Shown here: positions 55,339 to 64,000 of the stretch, piece after piece
Layout: each line of letters opens with the position of its first letter
Position numbering within the stretch: position 1 is the first letter of the stretch
Source of the DNA: Methanomassiliicoccaceae archaeon
GTDB taxonomy: Archaea; Thermoplasmatota; Thermoplasmata; Methanomassiliicoccales; UBA472
Reading direction: 5' to 3'
Length of the DNA: 64,000 nucleotides
NCBI GenBank assembly: GCA_963806355.1
Contig: CAWDXN010000006.1
Coordinates: forward strand, 58,491 to 122,490
Position numbers and translations under genes: made by a program
Notes under the pieces: generated by a model
What the model saw: the letters and a program-made list of their open reading frames with translations, nothing else
The model's database searches: none
Told to the model about the DNA's origin: nothing

Positions 55339-56642
55339 TTGGGGGACGAGGATGAAGGCCAGAGTATTAGCATCAGGAGCAGACCCTTCTTCATTTTGCT
55401 GCTCTTCTCCGCCCTCATCGGAATGCTGGCAGCACTTGTCACCGCCTTGTTCTTCTTCATCATGAACGAGGGGATCGACCTGCTTTGGACAGACCTTCCA
55501 AAGGCCGTGGGGATATCTGATTGGCAGGATTCCGCCATCCTCATCATAGGATTATGCCTCACTGGCGGTCTGGTGATAGGTCTGCTCACCCACTTCACCA
55601 AGGTCAAGCCGGTTATTCTGCAGGAAGAGCTCCTGGAGTTCAGGGATAGCGGTAGGATGGTGCCGAGGAACGGGATAGTAGGGATGGTCCGTGGCCTCAT
55701 CGCCCTCCTCTTCGGTGGCTCCATCGGTCCTGAGGGGCCATTGACCGGAGGGACCGGCGGGTTAGGCTGCTGGGTGGCTGAGAGATTGAAATTGAGCCGA
55801 CCTGCCGTGGCGATAGGGACCTATTCTGGCTTCAGCGGGATGTTCGGGGCATTCCTGGGATCTCCATTCGCTTCCCCGTTGATCACCATGGAATCGGCGA
55901 TGGAGAGCGGGAAGTCGACGACCTGGAAGATATTGATACCGGGGATCGTCGCCGCGACCGCGGGATATGCGTTGTTCTATGCCATTACCGGCTATATCTT
56001 CGGAGACCTCTACGAGTTCCCAGAATACGAAGGCCTTCAGGTCGTCCAGTTGGTCTATGCCCTGTTCCTAGGGCTGGTCGGCGGAGCGCTAGGGCTTCTG
56101 TTCATCTACCTCTACAAGGGCATGAAGAAGGTCTCGGAGCCTTTCCAATCCCGCCCCATACCATTGGCCCTGCTGGCCGGCCTGATCCTGGGCATCGTGG
56201 GGATGATGCTACCTCTCACCCTTTTCGACGGGCAGGAGCAGATCCAGGACCTGATCGACGAGGCGGCAGAGCTCGGGATCCTGATGCTCATCATCCTGGC
56301 GCTGGCCAAGCTGTTCCTGACCGTGACCTGCCTTTCCTTGGGCTGGACCGGCGGCTACGTCTTCCCTCCTTCTTCATCGGCGCCTCCGCCGGGTTGGCCA
56401 TCCATCTCATCTTTCCGTTCATGCCGGAGGTCGTCTGCATGGTCTGCGTCATCGCTGGCATCGCCGTGGCATTGCTGCGGTCCCCCCTCGCCCTTTCCAT
56501 GATCATAGCCACCATGTTCGAGGTCGACCTCATGCCGGTCATAGCCATAGCCATCGTTTCCAGCTTCATCCTTACCTTGGGGGCGAGCATGCTCATCGTG
56601 GAGAAGGACAGGGAGATCTCAAAGGCTATCAAGATAGGATGA
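55339..56642 (+). CDS. ClC-family chloride channel/antiporter (frameshift near 56365)
   Basis: GGSIGPEGP, GWTGGYVFP, many TM helices. Confidence 0.88.
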
Positions 56643-56736
56643 TAGGTGCATGAGCTGGATGACCCCGCGATAAAATCTGGATCGGGGGGATCCCCATTGC
56701 AGTAAAGGAACCGTGGACATTTGTGACGGCCGGTTG

Positions 56737-58126
56737 TCAATGTATGTGGCAATTCCTCTCGTCACATTGGGCCAGCAGGATCCCGATCCTCTCCTCGATT
56801 ATCTCCCTCAGGTCCGGATGTCCGATCTCGGCCATCTCGTAACGTACCCTTACTGATGGGCTTGTTCACCTTGATGACACGGCGCAGGTCCACCGGCGTC
56901 CCGGATACCACCACGTCGCACTCCGCTGCGTTGATGGTCTCCTCCAGCTCCCTCACCTGCTCCTCTCCGTAGCCCATGGCCGGCAATACCTCCCTTAGGT
57001 GCGGGTAATGCACATATGTCTCGGCGATCGACCCGACCGCGAAGGGACGCGGGTCGATTATCCTCCCACCATGGTCCTCTGCGCCTATCAGGCCCGCCCC
57101 ATAGGCCATCCCTCCATGTGTCACGGTCGGTCCATCCTCGACCACTAGGACGCGCTTGCCCCTTACCATCTCTGGCCTCTCGATTGTGATGGGGGACGCT
57201 GCCTCGATGATCAGCGCCTTGGGGTTCATCCGGTGCACGTTCTCCCTGACCGACAATATGTCCTTGCGGTCGGCGGTGTGGGCCTTGTTGATTATTATGA
57301 CGTCTGCCATGCGCACGTTCGCCTCACCAGGGTGATAAAGCGACTCGTGACCGGCGCGCAACGGGTCGGCGATGACGATGTGCAGGTTGCTGTGTATGAA
57401 CGGCAGGTCGTTGTTGCCCCCGTCCCATACGATGACGTCCGCCTCCTTCTCCGCCTGGCGCAATATCGCCTCGTAGTCCACGCCGGCGTACACGATGATG
57501 CCCTTGTCGATGAGCGGCTCGTACTCCTCCCTCTCCTCGATGGTGCAGTCGTGCTTGTCCAGGTCGTCGTAGGTGGCGAACCTCTGCACCCTCTGCCTGA
57601 CCAGGTCGCCATAGGGCATGGGGTGGCGTATCGCCACCACGCAGCGGTCGTGCTCCTTCAATATGGCGCAGATCTTGCGCGTGGTGGGGCTCTTCCCCGA
57701 GCCGGTGCGCACGGCGCAGACGCTGATGACCGGGACCTTCGATTCCAGATATATCGATCGGTTGCCCATCAGGCGGAAGTCCGCCCCGCAGGCCAGCACC
57801 AGCGACCCTTTGTGCATCAGGTCCTGGTGGGAGATGTCGCTGTAGGCGAACACCACCTGTTCCACCTTGTGGCGCTTGATCAGCTGGGACAGTTCCTCCT
57901 CCGGGTGGATGGGTATGCCCTTCGGGTACAGCTTCCCCGCCAGCTCCGCCGGGTACCGCCTGTCGTCGATGTTCGGGATCTGCGCCGCGGTGAAGGCCAC
58001 CACCTCGTAGGCCTCGTTGTCCCGGAAGTACATGTTGAAGTTGTGGAAGTCGCGGCCCGCCGCCCCCATGATGATCACTTTCTTGCGCTTCATCGTCATC
58101 GAGGAGGGCTTGGTCGCTGATGGCAT
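56737..58126 (-). CDS. CpgS-like P-loop ligase (cyclic 2,3-diphosphoglycerate synthetase-like / arginine synthetase ArcE-like); late frameshift
   Basis: GAAGRDFHNFN, AVRTGSGKS, RHPMPYG, EEREEYE, WDGGNND, EDGPT, PAMGY. Confidence 0.8.
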
Positions 58127-58208
58127 ATTATCCTTTTCTTTTGACACAAAAGGTTCATGCGACGTTCTCACCGCCTTTTTTAATATATACGTCGATGAGG
58201 GCGACCTG

Positions 58209-58673
58209 ATGCCCTATCGCATCCCTCCCGCCAAACTGCTCTCCCAGACCATATCCGAGGTCATCCGCGACAAGCGCAGCGTCGTCTCGCAGAAGCGGTT
58301 CACGGAGCTTGTCCTGGCCGTCCTGAAGAAGAAGGACGAGGGTTACTCGGTGAGCGAGGAGCGGGTGCGCCGCATGGCCATCCACAAGAACCTGGTGCGC
58401 ATCCACATCCATTATCGCGTAACGGAAAAGCGCAGCGATGGCGGGAGATGCCCGGTCTGCGGCTCGGCCACCAAGGAGCTGCAGAACCAGACCTTGGACG
58501 GCGAGGAGGTCAAGCTCGGCTTCCGTTGCTCCAAGTGCCCCTATTGGACCGGTCCGGAGCGGCGCGTCCCGGTGCGTTACACGTTCCTGTCATTGCAGGA
58601 GGGGGTCATCGAGCCCTTGCCAAAGAAACGCCGCAAGAAGGACGACAAGTACGCCCAGTGGAAGTTCGCTTAG
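58209..58673 (+). CDS. Basic zinc-ribbon protein
   Basis: GAGG RBS; SEERVRR, CPVCG...CSKCPYWTG...VPVRYTF. Confidence 0.75.
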   Translation: MPYRIPPAKLLSQTISEVIRDKRSVVSQKRFTELVLAVLKKKDEGYSVSEERVRRMAIHKNLVRIHIHYRVTEKRSDGGRCPVCGSATKELQNQTLDGEEVKLGFRCSKCPYWTGPERRVPVRYTFLSLQEGVIEPLPKKRRKKDDKYAQWKFA

Positions 58674-58735
58674 TTGGTTTTATAAAGGAAAAAATAGGCA
58701 TTAAATATTTTGCAACCGTTCAATAATCGTCAATC

Positions 58736-61220
58736 TTGGGGGAGTTGGAATTGAGGTCGTTCAGTACCAATGCCATCCTAGCGATGGCCGTGTTCTGCCT
58801 GTTGTTGAGCGCATCCTTTTTTGTCGCGGTCCCGACCGCAGCGCTTGAGGATGATCAAGGTAGGGGATTCAATGGAAACCAGGAGATGATGGTTGACGCG
58901 GTACGACATTGCTATTACTCCATCGATCAGACTCAAGGCAGCGGTTACATCTCCGCGTTCACCTATGACCTTACCACCATCTATGACGGTCTTGGTAGGA
59001 GGCGACATCCTATCCCTGGACCTGAGCCATGACGGAGAAAGCCTCTATGTCGCAATAACCCAGGACAAGCTGGTCAAGGTCGTCGACCTGGACGACCCTG
59101 AGCACGTGGACCAGATCGCCCTGGCCTTCACGCCGTTGAGCGTGGCGGCCGGTCCCAACGGAACCATCCTGGTGAGCTCGCTCGATGACACTTCCGTCAG
59201 GATGATCAACGCCAGCACCGACGCGGTCGTATGGACCGTCGACGTGGGCTTCACCGGGGTGCTGGAGAGCAGTCCGAACGGTAGCAGGATGCTGGCGATC
59301 GCCTCCACCCAGGACGAGGTGGCGGTCAAGTTGTACGACGTAAGCGACGGTGGTGCCATCCTCGCCGCCGAGGACGATGGCGACCTGGGCGACAAGTTCC
59401 AGCAGGTGGCGGTGGACTGGGACGACGAGCGGGCCTACCTGGTCTCCGCCTCCGTCCATGCCGTGCAGGTGCTCTCCCTGGACGACCTGGGCAAGGGGTC
59501 CGAGATGAGCTTCACCGGCCAGCCCACCGGAGTGGCCCTGGGCCCGGTCCAGGACCGGGTCTATGCCGTGGCCAACAACGAGGGCAGCGTCTATCTTTAC
59601 ATCTTCAACCCTGATGGTTCGTTCGTCGGGGACATGTGGGTCGCCCCCATGCGCACCGTGCTCATCGACGACCAGGAGAGGTATGCCATAGGCAATGGCA
59701 GGATCTCCCTCATGACCTCGTTCGACAACCCGGACCCGGCGCAGGGTTCGGTCCTGGCTTACACCCCCAAGGAGGTCTCGGCCCAGGTGACGCAGGGCAT
59801 CCCGGCCATCGGGGAGAACGACGTCTCGGTCAGCATCACCGGTCCCAATGGTACCCTGGCGATGCCATTCCATTTCCAGGGGTATAGCGTCTCCGCCGCC
59901 CTCACCCCCGGAATGCCGGACGGTACCTATGCGGTCAACATCAGTTGGGACGAGGGCAGCGCAGCGAAGTGGTACGATTGGCAGTTCGTCATCGATCGCT
60001 CCGCCCCTGAGGCGGCGCGGCCTAGCGCTGGACCTCATCGACCCCCTGCCCGACGCAATGCTCAACATCGCCCCGACCACGCTCACCCTGAACATGAGCC
60101 TGGATGGGCCGATGCCAGCGCAGAAGGAAATGACGGTGCTATTGGACGGTGTGAACCTGACCACCAGGTTGGACCCGATAGAACCCTGGGTCTTCACTGG
60201 CTGATACCGGAACCATGCTTCCAGGCCTCCATGAGGTCAGGGCCGAGTTGTTCTGGGACGGTGGTTCGGCCACAGGACGATGGAACCTCACCTTGCTCGA
60301 GGACCCGGCCATAGTCGCCATCACGCCTGATGCCGAGGCTATCCTTGACCGCGTTACCTGGAGATAGTCGTGCTGCAGGTGTCCCGCGGCTACCCATCGG
60401 TCTCCCTGGAAGGGGCGACCTTGACCCTGGACGAATAGGAATATCCACGGGGCGATTGATGGCGACCAACGTCACCTTCACCATCCCGGCCAGCCATTGG
60501 GATAAGAGCTCGGACCCGTTGACGAACTGGCGCGCCAATCTACGGTCGTCACTACGCGTACAGTATTGGTGCAGACCGATGGACTCGACCTGGAGCAGGA
60601 TTGGAGCTTCCTGCTGGAGATGGACCCCCCGGTGCTGCCTCTGGAGACCCATCCATACTATGGCAAGTTCTCGATCGATCTGCCCGTAGGCTGGTCGGTG
60701 CAGGAGAACCGGACCGTCGAACGGCTCCTTTTACCAGATGACCGTCGAGGCACCCTCGGCTCAGGGCATCACCACCGTCGGATACGTAACCACCGAACAG
60801 GCCTCAGACATCAAGGACAGCCAGGAGTCGCTGGGGAAGCTCATCGATGACCTCGTGGAGGATCTGTCCGAGGACGGTACTGTGGTTCAACTGGTCGGCG
60901 AGCCAGAGTACCTGGACATCGACAATCATTCGGCCGCGCTCTTCACCTTGGGCATCGATGGCAACAGTATCATGATGCGCGTGGCCATCGTGGTGAGCGA
61001 GGCCCACGACCAGTTCTGGATGGTCATCTTCGCCGATTCGGTGGGCAACTACAACGACCTCCTTCCCACCTATGATGCGATAATCATGAGCCTGGACATC
61101 GAGCAGGAGGAAGAACCCCTGACGGATGTGACCGATATCATGCCTTACATCTTAGTAGGTGTCATCGCAGCGGTGGTGGCTGGGCTCGCCATCTTCCTGG
61201 TGCTAAGACGACGGAGATAA
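58736..61220 (+). CDS. Membrane-anchored surface protein: YVTN/YncE-like beta-propeller, Ig-like repeats, PsbP/DcrB-like domain, C-terminal TM (several frameshifts)
   Basis: Signal peptide; DLSHDGESLYVA blades; repeated W.F ends of Ig units; FSIDLPVGW; TM + RRRR. Confidence 0.72.
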
Positions 61221-61222
61221 AG

Positions 61223-61266
61223 ATGGAATGGGGAGACCTCGCCCCCACCTCCATTTTTTATTTTTC
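61223..61266 (+). terminator. Hairpin plus T-tract between convergent genes
   Basis: ATGGA.TGGGG...CCCCA..TCCAT then TTTTTATTTTT. Confidence 0.6.
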
Positions 61267-61279
61267 TTCCAATCTTTGT

Positions 61280-62059
61280 TCACTCCGTGAGCACCTTTCT
61301 CGCCAGCAACGCCCCCAGCGCCACCAGCCCGATGGCGAAACCCACCAGCAAGGCCATGTTCGTGCCTAACGAGAAGATGCCTGGCAGGTCGAAGGCGAAG
61401 TACCTTAGCGCGTCCGAGCTCCACGTGACCGGGTTGGCCTTGGCGATGGCCTGCAGCCATTCGGGCATGCCGTCGATGGGGAAAAGCGCGCTTGAGGCGA
61501 ACAGGAGCGGGAGGTTGACCAGGTTGATGACGCCGAACAGCACCTCCTGACTGCGGATGCGCAGGGCCATGATGGTGAAGGCCGCAGAGAAGCCCAGCGC
61601 CAGGAGCAACAGCACCAGGAACATCCCCAACAGGTCCAGGGCATTGAAGCCATCAGAGAACGTCAGCCCGTCCAGTCCGGGGATGTATCCGAAGCTCAAG
61701 GCCAGGACCAGCACTATGGCTGCGGAGATCAAGGCCCGTATCACCGTGGCCAGGACCCGGGAGGTCGGTATGACCCCTCGCTCGATGGGCGAGGCGCGCA
61801 GCTTGTTCAGGAAACCGAACCGGCGGTCCCAGACTATGGACATGCCGGAGAACATGCAGGTGAACAGCGTCACTATGGAGAGCATGCCCACCGCCAAGTA
61901 GGAGAAGTAGTTCTCGCCGCCGGCCCCCGGGAGCGTGAACGCCTGCCCGAAGAGCAGCAACCAGAACAGAGGCTGGATGAGCGTCATGAATATCTGGATC
62001 TTGACGCGGTACCAGTGCTTCAGCTCCCGGACCGTCAGGGCGTAGGTCTGTCTCAACAT
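61280..62059 (-). CDS. ABC-2 transporter permease (DrrB type)
   Basis: DRRFGFL, SSALFP, MPEWLQAIAKANP. Confidence 0.92.
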   Translation of the reverse strand: MLRQTYALTVRELKHWYRVKIQIFMTLIQPLFWLLLFGQAFTLPGAGGENYFSYLAVGMLSIVTLFTCMFSGMSIVWDRRFGFLNKLRASPIERGVIPTSRVLATVIRALISAAIVLVLALSFGYIPGLDGLTFSDGFNALDLLGMFLVLLLLALGFSAAFTIMALRIRSQEVLFGVINLVNLPLLFASSALFPIDGMPEWLQAIAKANPVTWSSDALRYFAFDLPGIFSLGTNMALLVGFAIGLVALGALLARKVLTE

Positions 62060-62060
62060 C

Positions 62061-63068
62061 TCAGCGCCTCCTCTCGTTCATGCGGGCCTGCGCCATACGC
62101 CCCATCATATCGGTCTTGCTCTTCTGGTCCTCGTCACGGAACGAACGGCCGGTGTACTCCAGGAACACCTGGTCCATGTTGGGCCGGTCCAGTTTTATGG
62201 TGGTCACCGCCGCCCCCCTCTCCGTGGCTATCTTGACCAACGGCCCTATGGCGCTATCTCCCTTCAGCACCTTTATGCGGTAGTCCTTGCCATCGCGGCG
62301 CACGTCCAAGGCACCGGAAACCTCCATGAAGGCGGCGCTCAGGTCCTCGTCCTTGTCCAGGGAGAGCGAGATGACGTCACCGCCCAGCGACCGCTTCAAC
62401 GTCTCCGGCGTGTCCAGCGCGACCAGCTTGCCATGGTCGATGAGGGCGATGCGGTCGCATAGGTTGTCCGCCTCCTCCAGGTAGTGGGTGGTCATGAGGA
62501 TGGTCATCTTGTACTCCGAGCGGAGGAACCGGATGTGCTCCCATATGGCGGCCCGGGTCTGTACGTCCAGTCCCAAGGTCGGCTCGTCCAGGAACAACAC
62601 CCTGGGCCGATGGATGAGGCCCTCGGCGATCTCCAGGCGCTTGCGCATGCCGCCGGAGTAGGTCTTGACCATGCGCTCGGAGGCATCGTCCAGCTTCACC
62701 ATCTTCAGCAGGTTGTCGATGCGCTCCTTCGCCTCCTTCTTCGGCACGTCGTAGAGGTCCGCCTGGAGCATCATGTTCTCCCGGCCGGACAGTTCGTCGT
62801 CCACGGTCAGCTCCTGCGGCACCAGGCCGATCATCCTGCGCACCTCGGTGGCATGCTTGACCACGTCCTTGCCGCCGACGAAGGCCTGGCCTTCGGTGGG
62901 CAGCAGCAACGTGGTCAGCATGGATATGGTGGTGGTCTTGCCTGCGCCGTTCGGTCCCAGGAAGCCGAATATCTCCCCTTCCTCGACCGCGAAGTTTATG
63001 CCGTCCACGGCACGGATATCGCCATTGTAGACCTTGACCAGGTCCTTGACCTCGATTATCGATGGAAT
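62061..63068 (-). CDS. ABC transporter ATP-binding protein (DrrA type)
   Basis: GPNGAGKTT, YSGGMRKRL, LDEPTLGLD, TTHYLEEAD; frame extends upstream to IIEVKDLVKVY. Confidence 0.94.
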   Translation of the reverse strand: MPSIIEVKDLVKVYNGDIRAVDGINFAVEEGEIFGFLGPNGAGKTTTISMLTTLLLPTEGQAFVGGKDVVKHATEVRRMIGLVPQELTVDDELSGRENMMLQADLYDVPKKEAKERIDNLLKMVKLDDASERMVKTYSGGMRKRLEIAEGLIHRPRVLFLDEPTLGLDVQTRAAIWEHIRFLRSEYKMTILMTTHYLEEADNLCDRIALIDHGKLVALDTPETLKRSLGGDVISLSLDKDEDLSAAFMEVSGALDVRRDGKDYRIKVLKGDSAIGPLVKIATERGAAVTTIKLDRPNMDQVFLEYTGRSFRDEDQKSKTDMMGRMAQARMNERRR

Positions 63069-63072
63069 GTCA

Positions 63073-63585
63073 TCACCTCTTCTCCAATCTCTCGATCTCC
63101 CTGTCCAGCTCCTCCAGGCGCCTGCCCATCAGTTCACGGGCCTGGCGCAACTGCGCCAGTCGAGCCCCTTGATCGGTCTCGTCCTGCACCAGGTGCGAAA
63201 GTACCCAGGGAAGGGGGGCCTCTTCGCCGACCTCTTCCCTTTCCTCCGCCGCCGCACGGGCCAGCACCTCCATGTACTTGGTAGCGAAGATGAGCTCCGG
63301 ACCGATGTCCCGCAGCGTGTCCCTCAGCCAGGCCTGGGCGGGCTCGGTCAATTGGTAGTATTCCTTATCGTCCCGAGCCTCCACCTTCACGAGGCCATGT
63401 TCCGTGAGGCGCTTGAGCGCTGGATAGAGCGCTCCGGTCTCCGGCCGCCATAGACCCTCGAACTCCTCGCGCAGGGCCTTCAATATCTCATAGCCATACA
63501 TCGGTCCCTCCCGAAGCACGACCAACATCAGGAACTGCGAGGGACTGAGCCTGTTGCCCTGGTACACGAAACCCTTGCCGAACAT
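63073..63585 (-). CDS. PadR-family transcriptional regulator
   Basis: GPMYGYEI, GALYPALKRL, YYQLT. Confidence 0.92.
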   Translation of the reverse strand: MFGKGFVYQGNRLSPSQFLMLVVLREGPMYGYEILKALREEFEGLWRPETGALYPALKRLTEHGLVKVEARDDKEYYQLTEPAQAWLRDTLRDIGPELIFATKYMEVLARAAAEEREEVGEEAPLPWVLSHLVQDETDQGARLAQLRQARELMGRRLEELDREIERLEKR

Positions 63586-63733
63586 GTTCTACCACCGCAG
63601 GATGCACTACGGCCATTCTGCCTTAGGTAGGGCTATACTTAAAACACTTTCCCCAGCATGCCATGAGGCGTAGATATCAGAACGCCGAACTGGCGAATAA
63701 AAGTTATAAGGAATGCCATAGGTAAGAGGGACG

Positions 63734-64000
63734 ATGTCGTTGAGCTTCGATCCCATCCCGGACGACCTCTGGGAGGACTGGAAGTGGTTCGTTTACCCGG
63801 AGGGATTGGTCCTGGGCATGAGGGAGGGCAAGCACCGCGTGCCCAATTCCTCCCTGCTCCTGACTCCCTGTTACGTCGTCAACGTGCCGAAGCTCATCAT
63901 GTCGGAGGTGATGTGGGCCTCCCGCTACGAGACCACCTCGAAGGGGCTGATCGATACCGGCCAGTACCTGAGACGGGTGAACATAGGCACCGAGGACGTC
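63734..64000 (+). CDS. Hypothetical protein, runs off the window end
   Basis: GAGGG RBS; open frame MSLSFDPIPDDLWEDWKWF... to the end of the window. Confidence 0.6.
   Translation, partial: MSLSFDPIPDDLWEDWKWFVYPEGLVLGMREGKHRVPNSSLLLTPCYVVNVPKLIMSEVMWASRYETTSKGLIDTGQYLRRVNIGTEDV

Noticed and set aside
55339-56642. Fluoride-specific CLC-F exporter
   Set aside because: Has GPEGP and GGYVFP rather than the GREGT and GEVTP signatures.

Overview
Archaeal chromosomal segment, GC-rich, most consistent with a Methanomassiliicoccales-like member of Thermoplasmatota. This is an inference from GGTGA/GGAGG ribosome-binding sites, TATA-like promoters, Bat-type HTH regulators, DUF1638, V4R and corrinoid proteins. 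Many genes are split by single-base indels, which look like long-read assembly errors, so features are reported as reconstructed genes. Content: ABC transporters, PPK2, SulP, acetyl-CoA synthetase, a LuxE plus transglutaminase-like pair, two large multidomain surface proteins, a V4R-SHOCT protein, UbiA, a DEAD-box helicase, a B12 radical SAM enzyme, cardiolipin synthase, a hydantoinase-like protein, homospermidine synthase, a ClC channel, a CpgS/ArcE-like ligase and tRNA-Leu(TAA). The most unusual loci are: (1) a TRAFAC GTPase translationally coupled to a GAP1-N/uDENN-like protein, flanked by a zinc-ribbon gene and a convergent Ig-domain gene (17.1-20.9 kb); (2) a rearranged kdpB-C-A-D operon with an apparent KdpC-KdpA fusion and a kinase-less KdpD; (3) LuxE coupled to a transglutaminase fold with an altered catalytic triad; (4) a duplicated oxidoreductase/DUF4386/DUF6326/Bat-HTH module near the tRNA 3' end. 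No CRISPR array, transposase or intact integrase was seen. All family assignments come from motif recognition by eye; no database search was run.
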